Virus record (IMG/VR): IMGVR_UViG_3300012983_000031 | Span: 128,001 to 192,000 of that record | Strand: one strand, 5' to 3' | Source: a virus | Taxonomy: Duplodnaviria; Caudoviricetes | Length of the DNA: 64,000 nucleotides | In this document: positions 51,059-63,000 of the stretch, piece by piece | Numbering within the stretch: position 1 is the stretch's first letter | Layout of the letters: each line of letters starts with the position of its first letter | The notes under the pieces: generated by a model | Told to the model about the DNA's origin: nothing | Database searches by the model: none | What the model saw: only the letters and a program-made list of their open reading frames with translations | Position numbers and translations under genes: made by a program

Positions 51059-52013
51059 TTAACAAGGTGAAAAAATACGATCATGGACAAACTTGAACTC
51101 ATATTTCGCCAAACTATCCCTGTAATCTTTCATCATGGCAATGTATTTGGATATTGGGCAAATGCTTCTGTGATCTGGCGTTCGCTTCTCATTAAAATAG
51201 AAGAACCAGATATGACCTAACCAGTCATTCGTGAAGAAATAATGACCGTCAAGCCTTTCCTTAATCACATCATACCCTGACATCAAATCAGCATTATGAG
51301 AAAAAGAAAATGACATATCACACAAACGATTCTTTTCGTGATCGAAAACGATGTTCAAAATGTGATCGTTGTCGCAATAAATCTGATTAAAGATACGAAG
51401 CATTTCTTCATCAAGAACACCAAAAGGTGCCTCATGAAATTCGTACTCGCTGCATCTGTGCGATATGTAACCCTCGGCGATAGAATGAGGAACGCCATCA
51501 AAACGAAACGATTTCCTAAGTTCTTCGTTCGTGCCTTCTGTGAAAATAGCCATAATATTATTTCTTTTTGTCAAACATTCTTTTTGCAATCCTGTTCATT
51601 TCAGCATAAGTCATTGAAGGTTTACCTTCCATCCTGAAATGCTCACCCTTGCCGTAATGTGGCGGAATGAGTTCGATGTGTTTAGCCTCCAATTCAAGCA
51701 TCCTGCTTAAGCACCAGAGAATGACACCCATATCGAACGAAACATTATACAGGCATACATAATGATCATGCACCTCCGAATAAAAGGATGAAAGGGGCTT
51801 CTTGGCGTACCATGTGTTCTTAATTTCATCCTTAAGTTCGTCGTTTATCATATCGACAACTTTCAACATCATGTTCGCAATCTCATGTTCGCTGCCAGAA
51901 ACCCAGCCGTAAACCTGACCGAAAAGATAACCGAGATCGCTAACTACATCCGTTCGCTTGTACCATCCCTTTGCATACAGGATGATGTCATTGTATGGAA
52001 AATTCTTTATCAT
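51059..52013 (-). CDS. two hypotheticals (51059-51553, 51558-52013)
   Basis: Cassette ORFs. Confidence 0.6.
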
Positions 52014-52447
52014 AACTGTTTTTGTTTTTGTTGGTTTGTACTTTATTTAATTGTTATGCAAAGTTACGAACTCCATCCGTAACAACCAAATAATTTTAGT
52101 TAAATGATGTTAATCGGATCAAAAAAGTTCGACCATGTCATCACGACAGAGCCGAACCAAAATAACAATCTTCAATTAATCATTAAAAATGGTCTATACA
52201 TGTGCAAAGGTACGAACTTATTTTGAATCCGCCAAATAAATCAGGTTAAAATACGTTAAAGGAATATCATTTTCGTTACACTACGAAAATGGTCTGCGGG
52301 ACAAAGTAATGTCATTGACATTACCGAACTCCTGCGGAAGGCGCACCATGTTGTCTGGAGTTCCTTATCGCACATAAAAAAGTTCGGCTACCTTCACAGG
52401 CAACCGAACACAATTATTTAATTTCAAATAATAATGTACACAAATTC

Positions 52448-52846
52448 TTAAAAATTATTATGTAGATAATAAAGCCAATTCTGAATCTTTACAAATGGAG
52501 TTTCCCTTATCTCGATGAATCTTATTTTCCACTTGTACGCCGTCTTTATGTCGTTAGCGTAAAGATACTTTTCCAGAGAATGAACGTTCGATCCTCCCTT
52601 GCCTATCCACAATCCAGGCTTGTGCGTATAGATGTAAACCAAGTTATCAATCACGATTACATCATTGACAGGATAATTTACGTTGTTGTGATACATCCAA
52701 ACAGAAATGTTCTCACAAACATGATCAACAATTTCCATATCCATCACCAAATCAGAAAGGAATCGGAGTAGCCAGAAATTTTTTTTATAACTACCAAGAT
52801 GTTTTTTCAGGTAGTTCTTTATGTATTTCTTCACGAATTTGTTCAT
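52448..52846 (-). CDS. KH-domain protein (ribosomal S3 KH-like)
   Basis: IYTHKPGLWIGKGGSNV resembles S3 IHTARPGIVIGKKG. Confidence 0.6.
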   Translation of the reverse strand: MNKFVKKYIKNYLKKHLGSYKKNFWLLRFLSDLVMDMEIVDHVCENISVWMYHNNVNYPVNDVIVIDNLVYIYTHKPGLWIGKGGSNVHSLEKYLYANDIKTAYKWKIRFIEIRETPFVKIQNWLYYLHNNF

Positions 52847-53193
52847 TGCTTCTTTGTGTTAATTGTGTTAAACACTTTGGTAACAATCATTTCCTCGATG
52901 ATCAAATCGTGGTTGATGTCATCCCAATAGATGTCACGCTTCTGATTGTCTTCATCCACACTTTCCAGATAGAAACTTTTCTTGTCGTTCGTCAGGCGAA
53001 TTGCAAGAGTCGTGAATGTTCCTTCAAGTTCAAGATAATCAAATCTGAACTCATCCTGTTCGTCTTCGTCAAGTTCGATGTCGCCAGTTTCCAGCAACCC
53101 GTCAACGATTGTGTGGAAGCACATGTCGTGAAAATAATAAACAATATCCAATCCGTTCTTGAAATGATTCAAATCCTTAAATACAGTATCCAT
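52843..53193 (-). CDS. hypothetical protein, likely paralog of 40522-40806
   Basis: Shared VY.F...C...G.IEL...E.EG..T pattern. Confidence 0.55.
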   Translation of the reverse strand: MDTVFKDLNHFKNGLDIVYYFHDMCFHTIVDGLLETGDIELDEDEQDEFRFDYLELEGTFTTLAIRLTNDKKSFYLESVDEDNQKRDIYWDDINHDLIIEEMIVTKVFNTINTKKQ

Positions 53194-53282
53194 ACTGCTT
53201 TTTGTTTTTGTTGGTTAATACTATTTTTTATTTTGATGATGCAAAGTTACGAACTTATTCTGACATCACCAAATTATTTTAG

Positions 53283-53837
53283 TTAAATGATGTTAACCTT
53301 CATCTTTTTCTTGTACCATTTAAGCCAGTAGTTAATCGTATCATCAAACAAACTGTATGGTAATGTCGCTTTTTTCACCAACGAACGCCCGTAGTTGTTC
53401 TCTGGATCGTTGACTCCCAAGAACACAATCCTGTCAGAAACATATTCGCCGCATTCATTCATGTAATATGTCGATCCCTTCGGTATGACGAAATCACAAA
53501 TGAAATCATTATTTTCACATGAAAACATCATCACTTCATGCTCGCCATTCTTCGTGCTGCTCACGAACTTTGTATCTGTGCCGTAAGTTTTGCAAACCTT
53601 TCTTTCAATATGTGCTGCGCTGTGAAAGCCGCCATCTATGCCTAACTTAATGTCGCTACGATCTACATATCGGATGTTTTCAGTTCGCACCTCACCGACA
53701 TACCAATTAAATGTTGAATATACAGGTGATGTTAAAAACTTTGAAAATTTGTTCAAAGTTAACACTTTCTTCACCATGATATTCTTCTTCGCAAAATGCG
53801 GAACTGTATGTTTTGTCTTGTTTGTTATCCAGCACAT
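53283..53837 (-). CDS. MCW-family phage protein, paralog 2
   Basis: MCWIT..GFHS..IPKGSTYYMNECGEYVSD. Confidence 0.7.
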   Translation of the reverse strand: MCWITNKTKHTVPHFAKKNIMVKKVLTLNKFSKFLTSPVYSTFNWYVGEVRTENIRYVDRSDIKLGIDGGFHSAAHIERKVCKTYGTDTKFVSSTKNGEHEVMMFSCENNDFICDFVIPKGSTYYMNECGEYVSDRIVFLGVNDPENNYGRSLVKKATLPYSLFDDTINYWLKWYKKKMKVNII

Positions 53838-53843
53838 AATAAT

Positions 53844-54332
53844 TTATTTTTTGTGTAACACATTCTTCAAAATATGATCAATAAGATAATCATCAGCATA
53901 ACGAATATCCACATGAACATCAGTGAACGTAATCTGGTTGGAAACGTAGCCGCCATATTCGTTAATGTAATATTCCGATCCCTTCGGTATAACGAACGAA
54001 CAAATAACATCCGAATACATTTTTCTGAACAAATAATCTTTGTTTCCTTTTTTGTTTACCTGATAAAAAGAATATATTCCTTGATCGGATAGGTGAACCT
54101 GAATTTCATGTGCACTATGGAATCCCTTATCAATGCAGTAGTTTCCATTTTCACTGTATATGCCACCTATTTTTGTTTTCTTCGTTTCACCTATTTTCCA
54201 TCTGCAATCTACAACTGGTGATGAAAACGAATGACTTTTTATGTTATATTGAAGAACCTTCTTTACAGATATGTCTTCATCAGCGACATGCTTAATGGGT
54301 ATGCCGTTTAGTTTGTCAGTAGCCCAACACAT
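53844..54332 (-). CDS. MCW-family phage protein, paralog 3
   Basis: MCWAT..GFHS..IPKGSEYYINEYGGYVSN. Confidence 0.7.
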   Translation of the reverse strand: MCWATDKLNGIPIKHVADEDISVKKVLQYNIKSHSFSSPVVDCRWKIGETKKTKIGGIYSENGNYCIDKGFHSAHEIQVHLSDQGIYSFYQVNKKGNKDYLFRKMYSDVICSFVIPKGSEYYINEYGGYVSNQITFTDVHVDIRYADDYLIDHILKNVLHKK

Positions 54333-55165
54333 ACTAATCTTTTTTAACTGTTAAACATTACGAATCTTTGTCAGTACAGGCGTGAAAGTTGACTCCTCGA
54401 TAACGTAATCGGAGGAACCATGCAAAGAATTTTTGTAATCAACGCATTCCTGCTTCTCTGGTGTCCAGTAAGTTACTGGCGAATATTCCCGTGGGGTAGA
54501 GAAGACCACACGGAAAATCGGTGTCATTGCTATTGGCATCATAATACTATATGTTTTTAACTTTGATAATCCTCGCTCAAAGGTTCTGAATAAACCCAAA
54601 TCTTATCCACGATGTAACGCCTCGTGTTCTTGTGAAACACTTTCTTACCGAATATGTCAGTGAAATCATACACGGCGAACTTCGGCAGTTTAGATATTCT
54701 TCTTCTCATAAATGTTTTTTGTTGGTTAATATTATTTTTTATTTTGATGATACAAAGTTACGGACTTATTTTGAATCCACCAAATTATTTTAGTTAAATG
54801 ATGTTAACACAATAAAAATAGGATCGAACCTGTTTCACAACAGACTCGACCCGTCAAAAAATCTAATAATTTAATACCATGAAAAACACGTTGCAAAGTT
54901 ACAATTTTTCCATGAAATAAAAAATAGGAAAATCCCTATTTCTTTTTCCAAAATAAAATTCAGTAAATTTTACAAAAATAAATTTACAAAAATTCACAAA
55001 AACGAACTACAACCGCTGGCGTTCGTCATCAGTAATGTCAATGACATTACCAAACACCGCACCCGCGCTTTCACATTCGTTAACATATTCAATCAGGCAC
55101 ATAAAAAGGGATCGACCCCAAACAGGATCGACCCCCAGACCATGAGCGAAATATATCACACTTTA

Positions 55166-55828
55166 TCAATCTTCATATTCAATGTTCCAGCAGCAACGTT
55201 TGTAACCTTCAAGACCCTCTACTGATTCCGCAACGGAAATGTTATCGAAAGCCCATTTGCCGACATACTTTGCGTTTGGCTTCGTCTTGAGTTTGCCATC
55301 TATTGTTACATCTGTACAATAATCACCGCCTCCCCTTCCGTTACCGAACGAACACAAGATGGGTAGTGGGTGAATGATCCACTTGTCAGGATCTTCATCA
55401 GGAAACTCAACATACTGCTTCTTTGTGTGGTTGATTGCATACTTGTATTTGAAATCCTGAAAATCACTTACACGATCACAGAGTTCATTATATTCTGGTG
55501 TCTTGCTGTCATCAGAATTTCCGTAAATGAAAACATCTGCCTCGTCGTACACATCAACGCCGCTGTCATCCTTCTTCGTAAGACGATGATGTGCAGTGCC
55601 GATCCGATCAGCGTAATCTCCGCACCAAACGAAGGGAACGCCAGTCTTTTCCGTATCATACAAATCAATCATTCTCAATGCAGCCATGACATAATAATTG
55701 CCGACATAAGAGTGCTCCATCATCTTCGCCATGTTGCCGAAATCGTAAGGCGAAATGGTAGCCATGATGATGCTTTCTTCATCCTTGTAGTTCGGCTTAA
55801 GGATCACCGCCCTGTAATATTGTCCCAT
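55166..55828 (-). CDS. hypothetical phage protein (MGQYY type)
   Basis: MGQYY..KMMEHSY..W.GDYAD..HPLPIL..GNGRGGGDY. Confidence 0.7.
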   Translation of the reverse strand: MGQYYRAVILKPNYKDEESIIMATISPYDFGNMAKMMEHSYVGNYYVMAALRMIDLYDTEKTGVPFVWCGDYADRIGTAHHRLTKKDDSGVDVYDEADVFIYGNSDDSKTPEYNELCDRVSDFQDFKYKYAINHTKKQYVEFPDEDPDKWIIHPLPILCSFGNGRGGGDYCTDVTIDGKLKTKPNAKYVGKWAFDNISVAESVEGLEGYKRCCWNIEYED

Positions 55829-55862
55829 AATTGCTTTTGTTTTTGTTGGTTGATACCTGTTT

Positions 55863-58800
55863 TTATTTCTCGAATGTTATGCGAACGTTGGAAATTTTCC
55901 TTTCCTTAAAATCAATCTCGAAATCGAGGTTTTCCTTAATCCAGTCATCAGGTCGCAATGAATCAAGCGTACCTTCATCTGGCAACTGATATGCACCAAT
56001 GAGTTCATCACCGTACCACATCTTAATTGTTCCTGTGGCATTCTTTTGAGCAAGTTTGTTCACCTGCGAAATGATTAATTCTTTTTTTGTCATAATCTAT
56101 TACATTTTGAAAATCGTTTGAAAAATCGCCAATTCCATGCGGTACGATTATAATGTTTTTATTTATTGCTGCAAAGTTACGTACTTATTTTGACATGACC
56201 AAATTATTTTTGTTAAACAATGTTAATACGAACTTCATACAACACTATTTAACATCCGTTAACGATAAGACGACTTATGGAGTTCGCCTCCTTGGTGGCA
56301 AGTAATGTCAATGACATTACCGAACTGCCTTCAACGGGCGACTGCCGTGAACATGCAAAAAAAATGCCAGACTACCCTCACGGGCAATCTGGCTCTCGTA
56401 AAATTCGATTCGATTATAAAAAAACTTAAAAAAATAATTAATGTATTTCCTTTTCGGCATAAGTTACACAGGCATAAGCACCGCCATCACACGAACGTAT
56501 TTCAGAAATGCCTTCTTCATCCAAAAGTTCGTGTTCGTACTTGTCGCCGTTTTTAACGAACGTGTCTATGATGGAGTGGATCGCATCATTCTTTGCCTCT
56601 ATCACCTTTTCCCTGCTACCGTAAACAGTCGCTTTCGCAGTAGGTGGGAATCCAGCGTAACTTTCAAGAACGTTGAGAACCCATACCTTGCTTTTATCCG
56701 AATCAGGTATAGAAAGCAAACCTTCATCAATGGCATCAGTTATCATGTCCGATATGTCGGAAAGATGTTCGTCGATGCTGTCATCATCAATATACTGGGC
56801 GTTCGGGCAATCACCCAAGAACTGATCAAACGAATCATAAACATAATAACCGCCTTGTTCGCTGCCGTTAAAGTGAGGATTGATCTTCACATCACCGTAA
56901 ATAGTGTTAATTGTCTTCATGCCTGTTTGTTTTTAATTGTTTCGTATAATGCGTTAAGAATCTCCAAAAGCGAATCAACAGAAAGAGAATCTATAAGTAG
57001 TTCTTCAATACACTTTGGTCGCAAAAATATACATGTACTGTCAGGATCGATCCCGTCTTCAAAAACAGGACTCCATACATGCAGACCAGTTACGGGAACA
57101 ATCTTGCCGTTTATAATCGTTGCAACTGGCGTTCGCAAATTCACATCATACTCCATAACGTCTGAACAGTCGCCAGAATCAATTTCATTCAGGCAGATGT
57201 GAGTTATCATGTTCACCGTTTCTTTCCTCAAATCCTTGTATGAGTTAAGTATGTCACCCATCATCAGTTTAGTTTTCTCCTTCATTGTCTTTTGTTTTTG
57301 GCGGTTGATACTATTGTTTTTTAATCACGGTGCAAAGTTAAGAATAATATTTGACATAACCAAATTATTTTAGTTAAATGATGTTAATCAAACCTTAACC
57401 TGACCGCCCTGCATATCCTTTACAACAATATTGAACCTGTCCATGTTCACATCCGTTCCAGTCTGCTCCCAATAGAAATGGCGAACGCCAAACAGAACCC
57501 TTTTCTTGAAATTGCAAACAAGGATCGCCAGATTATTCACATTACCGTAATCCGCCGAACTACCGAACATGATGATTTCCTTGTTAGGCAAATCAACGCT
57601 GAACATGCCGCCGCCAAGAACATTTCGTTCCTCTTCGTCATTAACCAGATCCTTGTGGCGTTCCACCTTTCCGAACCTGAAATCAGGAGTGAAACATGAA
57701 TCGTACAATACTACAAACTTATTGCGTTTTTCCATTATAAAATCACTTTTTTATGATTTACTAAATCCTCGATCCATCCTTCTTCGATTTCACCAAGCAA
57801 GGACAGATACCCCCTTGCCTCCGAAAGTGTCTTGAAATCCATGTACACCTTGTGACGGGCACGACCATCAAGATACTTCTCGCTGTGGAAATCTATGTAA
57901 TGAAGCCTGTATCTCATTTTGTCAATAATCTTATGTAACATCCGCTGAAAGCGGTTCCGTCATCGTTGTGTAATCTCTCTAAAACGTGAAAAGGATAAAG
58001 GGATGCACGACCTTCACTTTGTCTTACAGCCTTGATAACCTGTTCTTTCGTCATTTTCATTACATCACTCTTTTTAAAGTAATCACGGTTAAACACGGCA
58101 ACCTTGTTATCACCGCTGACATCATCGTTCGGATTGTTGTCACCGAACTCGAAAGATTCAACGAGCCATCCGTAATTATCTGAAAGATAATCGGCTACCT
58201 CAAATTCATCCAGTGTGTCGGGAACTTCAACTTCAGTTGGAAGATCGACCTGTTCACCGTCTGTTTCCCATTTAATGTTTGAAATCCTCATAATGATAAT
58301 GTTTTTTGTTGGTTAATACTATTGTTTATTTGTTTGATGGTGCAAAGTTACGAACTTATTCTGACATCACCAAATTATTTTAGTTAAAGAATGTGAATTG
58401 GATCAAAAAAGTTTTCAGGAAAAAAATCTGAAAAACATTTCCAGAAAAAATTCAAGAAAAAATTCAAGAAAAAATTCAAGGCAATTTCTGGAGTTCGATC
58501 AAAATAATATGTTAAACTTTATTAAAATTAATTTTTTGCCGCCAAATTCGCTCTCTGCTGCGTTTTATTTGTTGAGGCTGTAAGTTGCACAGGTGTCGAT
58601 TAAAAAACGCACCAGCGGCGAATTTCAAGTAATGTCATTGACATTACCAGAGTTGTCCTCCTGGTGTTAACATTCGTTAACATATTCCATCAGCGCATGA
58701 AGAAAGGGATCGAACCAAATCGATCCCCCTCGCACATAAACACAAAAATGAATAAAAGAATTTCCCTAATAGTAGATGGTCTTCAAATCAGGATAGCATT

Positions 58801-59728
58801 CCTGCGTTTCATCAACCAGAACGACCTCGCTGATCTCTGTATTGATGTGACCTGCATCCGCATAATCTACACCATCCGCCGCCATCTTCTTCGCAACTTC
58901 AAGTGCTTCATCGTCGCGGCCAGCATAGATGTACTCTGAATCTGGAATGAAATCTGGATCATCTTCTACGCTGAAATCAACACGGTAACATACGTTCACC
59001 TTCATCAGTTCGTCAGCCGAAAAGTTGAACAGAATTGGTTCCTTTGAATTGTCATGGATGTTAACCGCACCGAAAGGTTTACAGTCAACTCCGCCGATCC
59101 TAACGATTCGCCATACGTTCCTGTTATCGAAAACATGCTTGAACGAATCAGGAGTAGCGGTAACATAGTCGCCGACATTGAACCCCGAACACTGCTCGCT
59201 GAAATCAGCCTTATGCACGGTCAACGTGTAGTGCTCATTATTATACTCGCCAGAACGCCAGCATGAAAACATGTTCGGTGTATCAATGAAATCCTCGAAC
59301 TGATCACATTCTGGATCCCAGAGCGAAAACGGCTCCTTTTTATATTTCTCCGCCATCTTGTGGAGTTCATTCTGCGCATCCTTCTCGCTGCCGTACACAC
59401 CGACAACGATGTTGACCACATCACCTGAAAGGTCGTTGACGAAATTCTCCACTAATACAAATACTTTTTTCATACTGCTTTTTGTTTTTGTTGGTTGATA
59501 CTATTTTTTATTTGGTAATTATATACTATTTGACCTTTTTATTTCTTCTTTTGTTGCAAGACGGAATAACTTGCCTACTGATGCTTTCTCTTCTCCGAAA
59601 TCATCATACATACATCCATCTTTATGGCAAACATATATTTTACCTTTTGTAAATGATGTGCCTAATTTTTTCCAGTTCTCTATACAAATGTATGATTTAC
59701 CTTTTTTTACTGTAATATTATTTTCCAT
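55863..59728 (-). CDS. cassette-borne hypotheticals (55863-56093, 56438-56920, 56917-57285, 57388-57735, 57735-57917, 57914-58291, 58766-59473, 59519-59728)
   Basis: ORFs behind repeated promoter-leaders on the minus strand. Confidence 0.6.
58580..58690 (-). repeat. ~111-bp inverted repeat, right copy
   Basis: Reverse complement of 46914-47024. Confidence 0.9.
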
Positions 59729-60038
59729 ACCTACTTTGACGTTTTGGATATAATTGTATATAGTTTCCTTTTATTTTGATGATGCAAAGTTACGAACTTA
59801 TTTTGACATCACCAAATTATTTTAGTTAAACAATGTTAATCGGATCAAATTAATTTCTGGAGTTCGCCCCAGTTCGCCCGTTAAGTAATGTCATTGACAT
59901 TACCGAACTCCAAACAGATGAGGTTATATTTCTGTTATCTGGAGTTCGCACACAAAAAAGGTTCGGCTACCTGTAAAAGGTGACCGAACCAAAATAAGAT
60001 ATTATAAAAAATGTTAAACTTTTGTGTATAATAATTTT

Positions 60039-63000
60039 TCAAACGTTGATGTCCTGCCATTGATCCGTCAGGTCTTCATTTGTGTCAATATCCTCTACCG
60101 ATGTGGTTTCAACGTACTGGCATCCTGAATTTGGATCATACAGACTCATGTATTCAAACTTCAACTTCGCATCTTCAAGCGAACGCCCCTTAATCGTTAC
60201 TTCCGAACGGAAAGTTACCCTGAAAAACGTTTCCTTTGATGGATTTCCGTTTCCCTTAAATGCTTGCAGGGTTTTCTGGAGTTCAATTTCGTCATGTTGG
60301 TCATTAATGGCTTGCAGGATTCTCTGGAGTTCGACTTCGTCAAGTTTGTTGGCGAATATTTCTTCCCCGTCATCTACATTAACGACAATATTCCCGTTGC
60401 CAGTCAGCCAAACGTGGTTTAGCCTGTGGGTGTTTCCGAACGCATCTTCGATGTCGATGTCACTTCCGTGGAAATCAACCATTGAGTTGAGATCCTCCGT
60501 TCCGTTATAGTTGATGATCCTTGATGTTATGTCATTCATAAGATCCTCAAGCCGCTGTATGTCAAATGTACTTGTCATGCCTGTTGTATTTTAATATTCT
60601 TTATTACTCCCTTGTCGTTCGTCGTGTAGATGATTGACAGGATATTCTTTCCGTCTTTGGAGAAGCGGACTATGTTTCCGTCTATCTCTATATTGTAGTC
60701 GGTGAAAAGGTTCTGTGCAGTTTCGATGTTGTAACTGTTGATGTTTCCTTCAACCCCAAGCCCTACCCTATTGAGAATGTCGGTGATGAATGTCTTTAGT
60801 TCTTCCATGTTGCTGTTATTTATTGTTTGGTGGTGCAAAGTTAAGCATAATGTTTTACACCACCAAACAATTTCAGTTAAATGTTGTTAACGAACTCTGT
60901 CGAAAATCCTGTGTGCATTCACCCAGCCCTCGTTCTCGGTTTCCATGCCGTCGGATGAATAGTTGAAATCATCGCCGAACGCCTTCTTAAAGCAGAGAAG
61001 CGTGAGGCACACAGCCACATCATAAGGCTTTTCAGCGGTCTTGCAGAAATTGAAACTGTAATCTTCTGGATCATCCAAAAGGATTGCGCACGTTTCGTGA
61101 GAAAAATCGTTAACGCCGTCATCGTAGCCGTTGAACCACACCTTTGTGTCGCTGAACTCTGGTTCGCCTGTACCCATTCCGCCTGCGAGCCTCAACGGGA
61201 TCAGTTCCTTAACGTACTTCATCTTTTCGCTGTCGTACACATCAGTTTCAACCCTTTCAGGTAACTTTGCGAGGCACTTTTTAAGCAGTTTGACTGCTTT
61301 CTTGAACTTCGTTTCACCATCCTTGATGTCCTTTGGATTCATTGTGAACTTCCAATAATGCGTGTAACCCATAATCGTAATGTTTTTTGTTGGTTAATAC
61401 TATTTTTTATTTTGATGATGCAAAGTTACGGACTTTATATGACATAACCAAATTATTTTAGTTAAAGAATGTTAACTGGATCGATCTTTTTTCACTCGCT
61501 GTCATACAGGATATAAATTATTTTTTCACAGACGGTAGTGTCTTGCTTCTGCCACAGTGAATGATTGATCAAAAATAAGGATGATTCAGTTTTTAGGATC
61601 ATCCTTATTCATTGTTCGGTTTTGTTTTCTTACTCGTATTGGCTGTTCACTTCTTCAAGCCAGTCCTCATTGACGAGATAACTGCCTGATTCTGCCGTGG
61701 CGATCACATTGTCGTCGTAGCCTTCTTCTTCAAATAGATTGGAAAGGTCTTGGCTTTCTGGCCAGTCAATTTTAATCCATGCCACAATGTTTACGTTTTT
61801 TAATTGTTAATAATTGTTTTCCTCATCATCCTCCTCGACAATGGAGTAGTAACGGCTGTCGTATTCATAGGATCTCGTTCCGTCATCCTGTGTTGACGTG
61901 AAATAAGGTTTCCAACATCTGACAAGCCCCCAGTTGTTGAATGATGTGTCATAGTCCTCATTGAAGAAACGAAGCAGTAGATTTTGTGCATCCTTCAATG
62001 TCATTCCCTTTGCAAGTGTGATAGTTGTCTTGCCGTTGAAATGTATGTCCCTCTGTGCAATGTAAGGGTTGGTCTGTCCTATAATCTTGTAACTCATAAT
62101 GCTTTATGCTTTATATTGTCAATACATGGATCGTTCAAGTTTAGCCTTTAATGCCGTCAGAATGTCACCCTGAATGTTATCTGGAAGATCCTCTATCTTG
62201 TAGATAGGATCGATTTCGTCATCAAAATCGATGTCCCTATAATCATAGCAGTATAAAATACCATTGATGATTTCAACCGTATTGGCGACTGAACATTCAT
62301 CATCCGTGTATGATGCGAGATCGATCAGGTACGGAAGGTTAACCATCCTTGCACTGTGTGATTGCAGAATCGACTTTATCTTTTCAAATTTATTCATAAT
62401 GCTTTTTGTTTTTTGATTACAGTGCAAAGTTACGACTATTATATGACATCACCAAATTATTTTAGTTAAATGATGTTAAACCATTTTATTTAAGACAAAG
62501 CGTGTTGAGTAATTCCCTGACCTTTTCCTGATCATCATTTGATCTTGTGCCGACATGCCATTCAATAGCCTCATCGTCATCAAAGTAACTATACTCCTTC
62601 CAGTCATAGATAGTGAACCGAAGGTTGTCATCACTGATGACATCCCATTCCCTTGTCGATTTGTTACCATAATCATCTGGCTTGTAGTAATTAGGTTCAA
62701 GACCCAACTTGCTTCTGATTTCATCAGTTGATGCAAAGATAGTCAAGCCGTGATGTGATGTGCCTAAAACGGCGGAAACGTCTGTTCTCATAATTCAATA
62801 TTTAATAATGTTATTTTATTATAGTGCAAAGGTACGGACTTTATATGACATAACCAAATTATTTTAGTTAAAAGGTGTTAACACGAACTTCAGTGAACCT
62901 TATTTAACATCAGTTAATAATACTGTGACTTCTGGAGTTCGCCTCCTGTGATCTGGCGGTAATGTCAATGACATTACTTGGCAGGCAGCATCCTACGATT

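Larger units (their letters stand above)
36470..62977. repeat. 15 dispersed copies of the 19-bp palindrome GTAATGTCA(A/T)TGACATTAC
   Basis: Starts at 36470, 36498, 36569, 39925, 41369, 44990, 46957, 48626, 50043, 52306, 55032, 56302, 58629, 59885 and 62959; three have one mismatch; all intergenic. Confidence 0.95.

Noticed and set aside
56441-57202. 253-aa + strand ORF and similar antisense ORFs in the cassette arms
   Set aside because: They lie antisense to promoter-backed minus-strand genes and have no expression signals of their own.
36470-62977. Palindrome series as a CRISPR array or as canonical parS/matS
   Set aside because: Copies are kilobases apart with genes between them, and the sequence differs from the parS and matS consensus.
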